Below are positions 18,385-27,612 of a stretch of 64,000 nt of DNA, piece after piece. Position 1 is the stretch's first letter, and every line of letters starts with the position of its first letter. The translations under genes were made by a program, and so were the position numbers. The stretch is from Candidatus Hydrogenedentota bacterium. Its GTDB lineage: Bacteria; Hydrogenedentota; Hydrogenedentia; Hydrogenedentales; SLHB01. Below the pieces are notes generated by a model, which saw only the letters and a program-made list of their open reading frames with translations, made no database searches and had not been told where the DNA came from. Location of the stretch: contig BTVY01000018.1 in the NCBI GenBank assembly GCA_045863335.1, forward strand, positions 32,001-96,000, in the 5' to 3' direction.

Positions 18385-21300
18385 ATCCCATCGTTGCACT
18401 CAATCCCGAATTCAGCGCGCGCTTCGTGATGACCCTCGCCCATTTTCTGTGGCAGGGAGCGGCCATCGGAATCTTCGCGATCGCATTGGGCGCTGTGCTC
18501 CGCCGCGCCTCGGCACGGCTGCGCTACGGGATCTTTCTGATCGCCTTGTCGGGCATGGCGCTGTGTCCGCCGGTGACGTTTCTGATGATTGAGTCCGGCG
18601 CGATGCCCACGCCAAACCCGGAGCTAGCCATGGGGCCTATCGATTTGGGGATGGGCGCTGCGGATCATGAGGGCTATAGGACCTATAGGACCGATGGGAA
18701 GGATCGGACGGATCGGTCGGATCCGTCGGATCAGTCGGATCGGTCCGATGCGGCTATGGCTGCGAGCATCGAAGCAGACACCAACTTTGAAGCTACTGCG
18801 CCGCAGGCGAACCCGGAACCAGCCAATCTCGAATTTGCGACCGCGCCTCCCACCGCCGCGAACTGGCGCGACTACACGCCGTACTTGATCCTGGCGTACC
18901 TTGCCGGCGTGGTGGTCATGCTGGCGCGGCTGGGCTTGGGGCTCGCGGGTGGGGGAAGCCTTCGCAAACGCGCGGAGCGGATCTCGGACAACGCGATCCT
19001 CGAAGCCGTGCGGCGTCATGCGCAATTGCTCAAGCTGCGCGCGGTCCCGGTCGTAGCCTATTGCCACCGCGTCGCTGTGCCGACGGTGGTGGGGGTCATC
19101 CGGCCGATGATTCTGCTGCCTGCTTCGCTGGCGACGGGCATGCCTCCGTTGCAGGTCGAACTCCTGCTGCTCCACGAACTCGCCCATATCCGGCGTTACG
19201 ATCACGCGGTCAATATTCTCCAACGAGTTATCGAAGCCGCACTCTTCTTCCACCCCGCCGTGTGGTATGTGTCGCATCGCATTCGCGTCGAACGCGAACA
19301 CTGCTGCGACGACCTCGTGATCGCGCTCGGCGGCGAACGGCATGCCTATGCGGAATCTCTCATCGGTGCCGCCGCGCTGGCCTCGGGCATGCGCCTCTCC
19401 CCCGCCGCCCTCGCGGCAACGGGCAAACCGTCGCAGTTGCGCAAGCGCATCCATCGGCTCCTCGAGGAGCCGGCGCCACCGGTCCGGCTCGTCCGCGGCG
19501 GGTGGGTGTTGACTGCGTTGGCGATCGTTGCGCTGGTCGCGGGAGCCACGCAATTCTCAGGTCCAACGAGTGAGACTCCGGTAATCGAGAACCTAATCAA
19601 AGCAAGGGCAACCGAAGACTTGGCGATCGTTCCTGAACCCGTCGAGACGCTTCAGGTGGCCGAAGCCCCCAAGTCCGAATCAGAGGACGCTTCAGAGCCT
19701 GATGTCGCGCAAAGCGATCCTCCGAGCAGTGCCCCGTTAAGCGAGCAAGAGAGCAACGCCAAAGCGATGGATCTCTATGTCCAGACCCAAGATCCGGATT
19801 GGTGGTTGCGTAAAGTCGCGGTGCAGCAGTTAGGAGAACTGCCACATTCCACCGGGATCGTGCAAAGTCTCATCGGCATGCTCAAAGACGAGGACGCGCG
19901 GGTTCAGGCGGCGGCCGCGGAAGCGCTCGCGAAGCAGGGCGACCCGCAAGCCGTCAAGCACCTGGTCGCGGCGTTGAAAGAGGAATCTGAAGTCCGCGAC
20001 GCGGCTGCGGAAGCGCTCACACATTTCAAGCACGAGGACGTCATGCCCCTGCTGACCCTCGCGGCGCGGGACGAAGACATGACCGTGCGCCTGGGTGCTA
20101 TCCTCGGACTCGGCAAGCAGAACACGGCGGAGGCTGCGGAAATACTCGTGGGTCTTCTGCCCGAATTCTACGACGAAGACCCGTCCCGGCGCGGCCCGAT
20201 GCCTCCACGGCCGCCGGTCCGTTCCCGCAGCAATCGTCTCCCCGTGAATCCGGCCGAACTTCGGCCCACTGGCGCGGCCGTGGCCGAGGCGCTTTCCGCG
20301 ATGGACCCGGCGATCGCCCGGCCCGCATTGCTGGAAGCCGCCACGAGCTCGGATTGGCGAACGCTGATGCAGACTGCGCTGGTGATTGGCGCATCGGATA
20401 TGCGAGACGAGTCTGACCTGCAGAACGCGCTGCTGGGCATGTTGAAACACGAGCGTAAGGACGTGCGCGCAGCGGCTGCTCAGGTGTTGTCCGAGGCCGT
20501 GAAGGCCCGCGTTGCCGCAGGCGAATCCGCGTCTCCGGAAGTGCTCGCCGCCCTGGAACCCTTGTTGCGCGACCCGAATCGGGCGATCACCTGGATCGCG
20601 GCGGACGCGTTGCGCGGCAGTGGCTGGCAACCGTCCTCGACGGAGGAACGGGCGTGGTTCCTCGTTGCGATCGGACAAGGACAAGAAGCTTCGTCCCTCG
20701 GTTCCGTCGCCCTGGAGCCTTTCTTGCACGCCCTCAACGCGGACTCCTCCCCGGCCTTCGACCAACAAGGCAAGGAGACCAACCCGCCGCGCGATATCGT
20801 GCAGTGGTTGTCCGAACTCGACGACCCGGGCAAAGTCGAGCCCTTGATCTCCGTGCTGACCCGTTTTGGAGATAACACAACGATGGAGGTCGCATCGGTC
20901 CTGGGAACAACCGGCGATCCTCGAGCCTTCGAACCGCTCGCCGGGCTTCTCGGTCATCTCAATGCCGATGTCCAGGGTAGCGCCCTGTGGGCACTCGGTA
21001 AACTGAACGATCCGCGCGCCGTTGAACCTCTCATCGCGATGCTCGACCACCCCAATGAAAACGTTCGCGAACAAGCGATAAAGGCGTTGGGAGAAATCGG
21101 CGACCCCCGCGCCGCCGACGCCGTTCGGCCCCTTTTGGAGAATGAAGATGGCCTGGTTGTGGAAGCGGCGAAAGCTCTGGGCGCATTTAAAGACGCGAAG
21201 AGCGCGCCGCGTATCGCGGAGCTGTACCGGGAAACAAATCCCGACTCGGGGAACAACGACACGTACGTAAACGCGCTGGTGTCGATCGACGGGAATCTCG

Positions 21301-22427
21301 CGGAACAGACGTTCATGGAGATACTGAAGGGAAACCCAAGCGAGAACAAGCGCTGGCAATCGGCAAAGGCGCTCGGAGAATTAAGGAGTACGGAGGCCAT
21401 CCCGCTATTGCGCGAAGCGATCCTCTTCGACACGAACGATAAGGCAAAAAGAGCGGCCATTGGGGCACTGGGTAATATCGGCGGAGATGAAGCGGCACGC
21501 GCGTTGACAACGCTGCAGGAAATGCAGGACTGGCGGACGAGAAACCTTTACCTTGAATATGCAGATGATATCGCCACGGCCTTCAGCGCCATGGACGATC
21601 AAATATCGTCCGACCCGCTTGCAAGGTTATACCGGGACTGTGAAAAAGAACAGTATCGGCTCCCTGCGCGTTTGACTGCCGCCACGACCCTGGCCAAACG
21701 AGGCGACCCTCGCGGGAAGACCATGCTGCAAGAGCTGCAGAACATCCCCGAGACGCGCATCGCGGCGACTAATGCGCTGCAGGAGATGGCGCAGCAATCC
21801 GGGCCGGAAGCGGATACCGCCACGCCCGCCGGTGCAGCGGATCGGACGGATCAGACCGATCGGACGGATCAGTCGGATCAGTCCACTTCGGAGACCCAGC
21901 CGACCACCCAACTTCTTGGTCCGCGGCTTCAGTTCCGCTGGGTCGTGGAAGGAGAAGATGCCGTAGGCAAGACCGTCCTCCCCGCGCCGACGGAAGAGGA
22001 ACCGGACCGTACCCTCGTCGTGGGCGATGATGTGGTGTTCTACGAACGGGACGTTCAGTCGGCCATCACGAAGAAGGATCCGAATGGCGACGCATATGCC
22101 GTGTTCTTCGTCACCACCGAAGACGGCGAGAAGCGGTTATGGAACGCAACGGAGCAGAACCAGGGGAAACGGCTGGCCATCATTTTTGATGGCCGAGTCC
22201 TGAGCGCCCCGGTCGTGCAGTCGGCGATCGGGAAGTCCGGACAAATTACCGGCGACCTGACCGAGGAAGAGGCCGAAGTTATCGCGGGTGCGATCAATGA
22301 CGCGCTTGGTGATGATGAAGGCGAGTCGATGCCGAAGCCGATCCTCTACGACAAGCTTCAGCCGCGAGAAGCGGAGCCTCTTAACGTCCGGGAACGAATC
22401 GCGCCGGAGGTTGTCGAACCACGGTAA
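18381..22427 (+). CDS. M56 (BlaR1-like) metallopeptidase with extracytoplasmic HEAT repeats and C-terminal SecDF P1-head-like domain
   Basis: HFLWQG, HELAHIRRYDH (HEXXH), FFHPAVW and REHCCD. Many HEAT repeats (ALGEIGDPRA). C-terminal GKRLAIIFDGRVLSAPVVQSAI..GQITG. ATGA overlap with blaI. Confidence 0.88.
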   Translation: MNPIVALNPEFSARFVMTLAHFLWQGAAIGIFAIALGAVLRRASARLRYGIFLIALSGMALCPPVTFLMIESGAMPTPNPELAMGPIDLGMGAADHEGYRTYRTDGKDRTDRSDPSDQSDRSDAAMAASIEADTNFEATAPQANPEPANLEFATAPPTAANWRDYTPYLILAYLAGVVVMLARLGLGLAGGGSLRKRAERISDNAILEAVRRHAQLLKLRAVPVVAYCHRVAVPTVVGVIRPMILLPASLATGMPPLQVELLLLHELAHIRRYDHAVNILQRVIEAALFFHPAVWYVSHRIRVEREHCCDDLVIALGGERHAYAESLIGAAALASGMRLSPAALAATGKPSQLRKRIHRLLEEPAPPVRLVRGGWVLTALAIVALVAGATQFSGPTSETPVIENLIKARATEDLAIVPEPVETLQVAEAPKSESEDASEPDVAQSDPPSSAPLSEQESNAKAMDLYVQTQDPDWWLRKVAVQQLGELPHSTGIVQSLIGMLKDEDARVQAAAAEALAKQGDPQAVKHLVAALKEESEVRDAAAEALTHFKHEDVMPLLTLAARDEDMTVRLGAILGLGKQNTAEAAEILVGLLPEFYDEDPSRRGPMPPRPPVRSRSNRLPVNPAELRPTGAAVAEALSAMDPAIARPALLEAATSSDWRTLMQTALVIGASDMRDESDLQNALLGMLKHERKDVRAAAAQVLSEAVKARVAAGESASPEVLAALEPLLRDPNRAITWIAADALRGSGWQPSSTEERAWFLVAIGQGQEASSLGSVALEPFLHALNADSSPAFDQQGKETNPPRDIVQWLSELDDPGKVEPLISVLTRFGDNTTMEVASVLGTTGDPRAFEPLAGLLGHLNADVQGSALWALGKLNDPRAVEPLIAMLDHPNENVREQAIKALGEIGDPRAADAVRPLLENEDGLVVEAAKALGAFKDAKSAPRIAELYRETNPDSGNNDTYVNALVSIDGNLAEQTFMEILKGNPSENKRWQSAKALGELRSTEAIPLLREAILFDTNDKAKRAAIGALGNIGGDEAARALTTLQEMQDWRTRNLYLEYADDIATAFSAMDDQISSDPLARLYRDCEKEQYRLPARLTAATTLAKRGDPRGKTMLQELQNIPETRIAATNALQEMAQQSGPEADTATPAGAADRTDQTDRTDQSDQSTSETQPTTQLLGPRLQFRWVVEGEDAVGKTVLPAPTEEEPDRTLVVGDDVVFYERDVQSAITKKDPNGDAYAVFFVTTEDGEKRLWNATEQNQGKRLAIIFDGRVLSAPVVQSAIGKSGQITGDLTEEEAEVIAGAINDALGDDEGESMPKPILYDKLQPREAEPLNVRERIAPEVVEPR
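18671..18749. repeat. In-frame 9-bp tandem repeats within M56 gene
   Basis: CTATAGGAC units followed by GGATCGGTC-like units, encoding GYRTYRTDGKDRTDRSDPSDQSDRSD. Confidence 0.75.
21838..21884. repeat. Second in-frame 9-bp tandem repeat within M56 gene
   Basis: CGGATCGGA CGGATCAGA CCGATCGGA CGGATCAGT CGGATCAGT, encoding DRTDQTDRTDQSDQS. Confidence 0.75.
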
Positions 22428-22479
22428 CACGAGGCGAAAGAGCATTCCCTTGCGGACCGCACTCCATGCGGTTCTCCCC

Positions 22480-22588
22480 ATCGGGATCGGTATCGCTATC
22501 GGGATCGAAAAGAGAAGAGCGAATTACTGCCGAACTCGATACCGAACTCGATACCGATAGCGATACCGATAGCGATACCGATTCCAAT
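22480..22588. repeat. Inverted pair of hexamer tandem arrays (ATCGNN / NCGATA)
   Basis: ATCGGG ATCGGT ATCGCT ATCGGG ATCGA, a spacer, then about 10 CCGATA/GCGATA/TCGATA-type units. Lies between convergent genes. Confidence 0.8.
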
Positions 22589-22606
22589 GCGGCGCAGTCG
22601 GGGGAA

Positions 22607-23080
22607 CTAGCAGAAGTCCCGGCTGCGGCGACGGATGGATCGGAAGAACTCGGTCAGAATGGCGCCGCACTCTTCGGCGAGGAGTCCGGGGTAAACCTTG
22701 GGCTGGTGGTTGAAGCGGGGGTCTTCGAGCAGGTTCATGAGCGAGCCGACGGTCCCCGCTTTCGGATCGTAGGCCCCGAAGTACACCTCCGGCACCCGCG
22801 CGAGAATGATCGCGCCCGAACACATGGGGCAGGGCTCGAGCGTCACGTACAGCTTCGTCTCTTCCAAACGCCAGCTTCCCAGCTTGTTGGCCGCCTGCGT
22901 GATGGCCAGGATCTCCGCGTGGGCCGTCGGGTCCTGCAACATCTCCCGCTGGTTGTGGGCCTTCCCGATGATTTGTCCGTCATACACGATGACGCAGCCC
23001 ACCGGCACTTCTCCGGCTTCCTGCGCGTATTGCGCCTCGCGGATGGCATACTGCATGTAGCGAGCGTTGTCGTCAAGCAT
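22607..23080 (-). CDS. tadA: tRNA-specific adenosine deaminase
   Basis: GEVPVG, DPTAHAE, LYVTLEPCPMCSGA and FNH motifs. Confidence 0.95.
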   Translation of the reverse strand: MLDDNARYMQYAIREAQYAQEAGEVPVGCVIVYDGQIIGKAHNQREMLQDPTAHAEILAITQAANKLGSWRLEETKLYVTLEPCPMCSGAIILARVPEVYFGAYDPKAGTVGSLMNLLEDPRFNHQPKVYPGLLAEECGAILTEFFRSIRRRSRDFC

Positions 23081-23114
23081 AGGCAGCGATTGTCGGGAAT
23101 GGAAGTAGGGAAGT

Positions 23115-23200
23115 CAAATGATGAATGATGAGTGATGAATGATGAACGCGGAAAGAAAATGCAATTGCCATCAATTTCACCACTCATCATTCATCATTTG
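23115..23200. repeat. Inverted pair of heptamer (ATGATGA) arrays, 25-bp inverted repeat
   Basis: CAAATGATGAATGATGAGTGATGAA (23115-39) pairs with TTCACCACTCATCATTCATCATTTG (23176-200) at 24 of 25 positions. Confidence 0.8.
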
Positions 23201-23242
23201 CCCCTTCGTGCTACAATCAATACAGAAACTCTGGTACCCATC

Positions 23243-23683
23243 ATGAAAACCATCCTGACCGCCATTGATTTCTCCGGGGCGACGGACGCGGTAGTAAGCA
23301 CCGCCGCCGAACTGACGCGGGCCCTGGGCGGGGAACTCCACCTGCTGCACGTGGAAGCGCCGAACCCCGATTTCGTCGGTTACGAACCGGGACCGCAGAC
23401 GGTGCGCGACCAAGTGGCGAAGTCCATGGCGGAAGACCGAGACGACATCATCACGTTGCGCGACCGGTTGAAGGCCGGCGGCATCGTCGCCCACGCGCTG
23501 GTCGTGCAAGGTCCGACCGTGCGGAAGATCGTTGAAGAAGCCGAACGCCTGCCTGCGGACCTCGTCGTTATCGGCAGCCATGGCCACGGCGCGCTCTACG
23601 ATCTCGTGTTGGGAAGCGTCAGCGACGGCGTCGTGCGCAAGGCGCCGTGCCCGGTTCTGGTCGTTCCCAAGCCGCAGGGGTGA
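23243..23683 (+). CDS. Universal stress protein (UspA family)
   Basis: MKTILTAIDFS and DLVVIGSHGHG..LGSVS..VVRKAPCPVLVVP. Extended -10 TGCTACAAT at 23209-17. Confidence 0.92.
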   Translation: MKTILTAIDFSGATDAVVSTAAELTRALGGELHLLHVEAPNPDFVGYEPGPQTVRDQVAKSMAEDRDDIITLRDRLKAGGIVAHALVVQGPTVRKIVEEAERLPADLVVIGSHGHGALYDLVLGSVSDGVVRKAPCPVLVVPKPQG

Positions 23684-23743
23684 CTTCGCTGTTGCGTGTC
23701 CGTGTTCCCTGCGCGGCCCCGCTCATGATAGACTTTCCATGCC

Positions 23744-23998
23744 ATGGCCAAACTCACACTCGATTTGCACGACATCTACAACAAGAAATACTCCATCGAA
23801 ATGGAGTTGAACCGCATCATTCAGGAAGCGGTGGATAAGCGCATCGCGACCGTCGAAATCATCCCCGGGAAAGGCAGCGGCCAACTCAAGAAGACGGTGT
23901 TGCGGTTCCTGCAACGGCCCGACATCAAGCGCCTGTACCACCGCGTCGAGAAAGACAGCAAGAACTTTGGACGGTTATTCGTCCATTTTCGTCATTGA
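23744..23998 (+). CDS. Stand-alone Smr (small MutS-related) domain protein
   Basis: LDLHDI, EIIPGKGSGQLKK and NFGRLFV motifs. Confidence 0.85.
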   Translation: MAKLTLDLHDIYNKKYSIEMELNRIIQEAVDKRIATVEIIPGKGSGQLKKTVLRFLQRPDIKRLYHRVEKDSKNFGRLFVHFRH

Positions 23999-24067
23999 AA
24001 TGTCAGCGAAGAACCACATACTACCGTACGGGATCGGGTTTGCCACGAATTTCGGGCCAACGCGAAG

Positions 24068-24282
24068 AACATCCCCCTTGATCCCCCTTCAAAGGGGGAA
24101 TCGCTTTCCGTCATGCCTCTGCGGATGTGCGGTCTTAGTATCTACCCGAATTCATCGTGTGAGATTCCCGCAACGCGAAGCGTTGCGCCCCGTTTATCAC
24201 ATGCGTACCGCCCAATCCAGCGTATTGTTCATTCACCCGAGAAGAGCGATTCCCCCTTTGAAGGGGGATAAAGGGGGATGTT
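24068..24282. mobile_element. REPIN/MITE-like element, copy 1 (38-bp terminal inverted repeats)
   Basis: AACATCCCCCTTGATCCCCCTTCAAAGGGGGAATCGCT (24068-105) matches the reverse complement of 24245-282 with one mismatch. Mobility is inferred. Confidence 0.6.
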
Positions 24283-24343
24283 GTCTTAGGTTCCTAGGAA
24301 GCGTTTTTGGAACACGCGGCGCTGCGTGTTGGGGGAGCGCATC

Positions 24344-25105
24344 ATGATACGAGTCGGCGGCAAACGCGTTGTGTTGTCTTCCGTCGCGGTGGTTGTGTTG
24401 GCGTGTCTGGCGGCCGTGGTTGCGATCCGGTGTCAGTCCCACGGGCCCATGCCGCAGGGCTTGCCGACCGCGGCCCCGGAAGGTCCGGGTTGGGTCAACC
24501 TGCTCGACCCGGAGCACGCCGGAGGTTGGGAGAACGTCACGGACGACTCCAACATCTTTGGAATCAGCGATGGTGTGCTCCACATTTACGGGCGCACGAT
24601 CTACCCGTTGCGGTACGTCGCGTATACGCCGGAGGAATTCGGCGATTTCGATCTCCACCTCGAATTCAAAGTGAGACACCGCGCGAACAGCGGCGTGTTT
24701 CTCCGAGCCAACCCGAGCGATCCCGTGGCGCGCGGGTTTGAAATCCAAGTCCTCGGCGATCACGGCAAGCTGCCGTCCAAGAACAGTTGCGGCGCCATTT
24801 ACGACGTGGTGACGCCCATGTTCAACATGTCCCGTCCACCACGCGAATGGAACAGTTACGACATCTCCGTGCGCGGAAAGCAGGTGACCGTCCTCATGAA
24901 CGGATGGAAGATTATCGAGACGGACTTCGCCTTGATGACAGAGCCTCTCGGAAAGTTCAAGGTCGCCTACACCGATCTCCCGCTCCAAGGCCTCATCGCG
25001 CTCCAGGATCACGGAGGCGAAGTCTGGTACCGGAACATCTACATCCGGAAACACACGGCCAATGCTACGATGTCCGACAGTCCTCAACGAGATGAGCCGA
25101 ATTAA
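24344..25105 (+). CDS. DUF1080 (3-keto-disaccharide hydrolase family) exported protein
   Basis: FGDFDLHLEFK, ANSGVFLR, GFEIQV, GAIYD, EWNSYDI and GLIALQDHG.EVWYRNIYIR motifs. N-terminal TM/signal segment. Confidence 0.9.
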   Translation: MIRVGGKRVVLSSVAVVVLACLAAVVAIRCQSHGPMPQGLPTAAPEGPGWVNLLDPEHAGGWENVTDDSNIFGISDGVLHIYGRTIYPLRYVAYTPEEFGDFDLHLEFKVRHRANSGVFLRANPSDPVARGFEIQVLGDHGKLPSKNSCGAIYDVVTPMFNMSRPPREWNSYDISVRGKQVTVLMNGWKIIETDFALMTEPLGKFKVAYTDLPLQGLIALQDHGGEVWYRNIYIRKHTANATMSDSPQRDEPN

Positions 25106-25264
25106 CATCCCCCTTGATCCCCCTTCAAAGGGGGAGTTCAATACAACGCTATGCGTTGTGCCTTGAGGTCGTCGATAGCTTGGATTCGGAGCGCGCCCCG
25201 TAAAAAGAAACAATAAATATCCGGACGGGCCATTTCCCCCTTCGAAGGGGGATCAAGGGATGTT
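25104..25264. mobile_element. REPIN/MITE-like element, copy 2
   Basis: Left arm is identical to copy 1 over 32 bp (25104-135). Inverted right arm TCCCCCTTCGAAGGGGGATCAAGGGATGTT (25235-264). Confidence 0.6.
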
Positions 25265-25272
25265 TTTTCCCG

Positions 25273-26175
25273 CTACTCGTCATCGCGGGTCAGCCAGAAG
25301 CGCATCATCTTCGATACAAGGTCCGCTGCGTCATGGTGGACCCAATGGCCTGCGCCGGGCACAGTGACCAGCGTCAAGTCCTTCTCCAGCCACTCCCAGG
25401 TGCGGTTCAGCATGGCGTGGCTCAAGGCCCGGTCTTCCAACCCGTGGAACATGAGCACGGGCATCTTCATTTTCACCACCGGCGAAGTATCTTCCAGGTA
25501 GGGCTCGCGCGGGTAATTCATCTTGTAGTAGGCAAGCATGGCCTCAAAATCCGAAAGCTGAAAGGCCTCCAGGTACCGTTCTTTGATGAGATCGCTTTCG
25601 TCTGGCACAACCGCAGCCACCAGCGACTCTGCGGTCAAGGTCGCCGCCGCGTTGGGCTGTTGAAAGTTGCGCGCGTATTGGCTGTTTTTCTGCTGCACTT
25701 CATTGTGGGCGAGTTCCCGGGAGAACCCGCGCGGATGAGGCAGATTGCAGATGACCAGCCGTTCGGTCATCTCAGGACGCGCCATGGCGAACATCCACGC
25801 GACCGCGCCGCCCCAGTCGTGTCCCACGACGATTGCCCTGTCCTGCCCGTAGTGACGGATTACTGCTTCGACATCGCTGACCAGATGGGGCGCCGCGTAG
25901 TTCTCGACGCCCTCGGGTTTGTCGCTGAGGTTGTAGCCTCGAAGATCCATGGCGACGACGTGGAACCGATCAGACAACGCGGCCATCTGATGACGCCAGC
26001 TATACCAGAAATCCGGAAACCCATGAATCATCACAACCAGGGGGCCTTCGCCCAATGATGCTGCATGCAAGCGGACACCTTGGTTGTCGATGTAGTCGTG
26101 GGATACGTGATCGAAGATGTCCGAGTCTTCCGCCGCGGCCATCAAACATGAAGCAAGTGTAGCGAGCATCATCAT
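25273..26175 (-). CDS. Alpha/beta hydrolase, epoxide hydrolase-like
   Basis: [30 protein letters not shown] and GHWVH motifs. Confidence 0.9.
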   Translation of the reverse strand: MMMLATLASCLMAAAEDSDIFDHVSHDYIDNQGVRLHAASLGEGPLVVMIHGFPDFWYSWRHQMAALSDRFHVVAMDLRGYNLSDKPEGVENYAAPHLVSDVEAVIRHYGQDRAIVVGHDWGGAVAWMFAMARPEMTERLVICNLPHPRGFSRELAHNEVQQKNSQYARNFQQPNAAATLTAESLVAAVVPDESDLIKERYLEAFQLSDFEAMLAYYKMNYPREPYLEDTSPVVKMKMPVLMFHGLEDRALSHAMLNRTWEWLEKDLTLVTVPGAGHWVHHDAADLVSKMMRFWLTRDDE

Positions 26176-26265
26176 CGGGTTTCTCCTGAGTCAGGGACCA
26201 CGCCATCCGCGTTGCAAGACACGGCAAACCATTTCACGTTTCCAAGCATGACACACCATTCTGAG

Positions 26266-26338
26266 TATCGCTATCGGCATCGGTATCGGTATCGCTGTCG
26301 GGCACTTTTCCACTTCGAACCCGATACCGATTTCGATT
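26266..26338. repeat. Second inverted hexamer array (ATCGNT / NCGATN)
   Basis: TATCGC TATCGG CATCGG TATCGG TATCGC TGTCGG ... TCGAAC CCGATA CCGATT TCGATT. Confidence 0.75.
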
Positions 26339-26446
26339 AGGCATTGACATCTATCTCGCGCGAGCGTAGACGGTTCCGGTGCAGCCCTTCGACAGACTAG
26401 CATTTTGCGCAGTTCGGTGCGAATGCTCGCATTTATCGCGGTTCTC

Positions 26447-26475
26447 TTGAACCCATTTCACCTGCAACGTACAAT
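26447..26475 (+). promoter_or_regulatory. Sigma-70-type promoter for sigma factor gene
   Basis: TTGAAC, 17 bp spacer, TACAAT. Confidence 0.55.
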
Positions 26476-26622
26476 GAGGAAGCGGCAGTCTCGCATTTCC
26501 GCGGGTGGGTAACTCGAGACCGTCATCCCGTCGCTATCCGGTGGGATGATCGCCCCGCCGGACCGTGTTATTCCCGCATGTGTCGTGATTCCGAACTAGG
26601 CCCAAGTGGAAGAGGACCTCGG

Positions 26623-27453
26623 ATGTCCAATATCAGAGAAAGCGGCTTAAGCACGTATTTGGCCGAGATCTCCCGCATCCCGCTTCTGGCTACTTCGGAA
26701 GAGATTCGCCTTGCAGAGGAAGCCCAAAAAGGCAGCGCGGAAGCGCGGCGCAAGTTGATCGTCTCGAATCTGCGGCTCGTGGTGAGCATCGCGAAGAAGT
26801 ATCTCTACTACGGGCTGCCGTTGCAGGACCTCATCGAAGAAGGCAACATCGGCCTCATGAAGGCCGTCGAACGCTACGATCCGGGCCGGGGGTGCAAGTT
26901 CTCGACGTATGCGACGTGGTGGATCCGGCAGGCCATCACGCGGGCCTTGTCCAACTACGGGCGAACGGTGCGCATCCCGGTCTACGTGACGGACAACGTG
27001 GCGCGCTACAAGAAAACCGCCGAAGAGTTGTACATCAAGACCGGCAAACGGCCGGATGCAGAAGAAGTGGCCGAGGCCATGGGGATCAAGATTTCGGAAG
27101 CGCTCAAGCTGCAATCCTTCGTCGATGAGGTTTCGCCATTAGACAACCCGGAAACGATGAGCGATGACAACGGCCGGGGTATCCCCGAGGCCCTCGAACC
27201 GCGACGGGTAGACGAGGCCATCGCGCAGATCGAGTTGGACCAGCAGCTTGAAGAGATTATGAAGCAATTGAACCCCCGCGAGCAGAATATCATCCGGTTT
27301 CGCTACGGATTGATGGACGGCCGAGCCCACACGCTGGAGCAGACGGGGCGCAAGTTCAACCTGACGCGGGAGCGTATCCGCCAGATTGAAAACGACGTCA
27401 TGAAGCGGCTGCGCAAGTTCGTTTCCGAACGGGCTGACGACTTCGGGCCGTAG
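26623..27453 (+). CDS. RNA polymerase sigma-70 factor (RpoD/RpoS-like, lacking region 1.1)
   Basis: [44 protein letters not shown] and [10 protein letters not shown] motifs. Confidence 0.93.
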   Translation: MSNIRESGLSTYLAEISRIPLLATSEEIRLAEEAQKGSAEARRKLIVSNLRLVVSIAKKYLYYGLPLQDLIEEGNIGLMKAVERYDPGRGCKFSTYATWWIRQAITRALSNYGRTVRIPVYVTDNVARYKKTAEELYIKTGKRPDAEEVAEAMGIKISEALKLQSFVDEVSPLDNPETMSDDNGRGIPEALEPRRVDEAIAQIELDQQLEEIMKQLNPREQNIIRFRYGLMDGRAHTLEQTGRKFNLTRERIRQIENDVMKRLRKFVSERADDFGP

Positions 27454-27612
27454 TTGGGGTATTTGGGGGCAGCGCCGTTACGCACCGGCGCACAGGAATT
27501 TCTGGTTGGGGACGCGCTCCTCACGATGCCCACGCACTCCGGCCGCGCGCATGAATTCCGCCGGCCTCCTTTGTCGTTATGATTGAATTGTGAGAAGGAG
27601 AACTAGACCCCG

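Noticed and set aside
19830-21359. 509-aa minus-strand ORF inside the M56 gene
   Set aside because: Antisense shadow of the HEAT-repeat coding region.
22466-23128. 220-aa + ORF with DTDSDTDSD repeat
   Set aside because: It is a translation of the hexamer array plus the antisense of tadA.
22480-26338. Repeats considered as a CRISPR array
   Set aside because: No 23-47-bp direct repeats with regular unique spacers and no cas genes. The repeats are short-unit or inverted.
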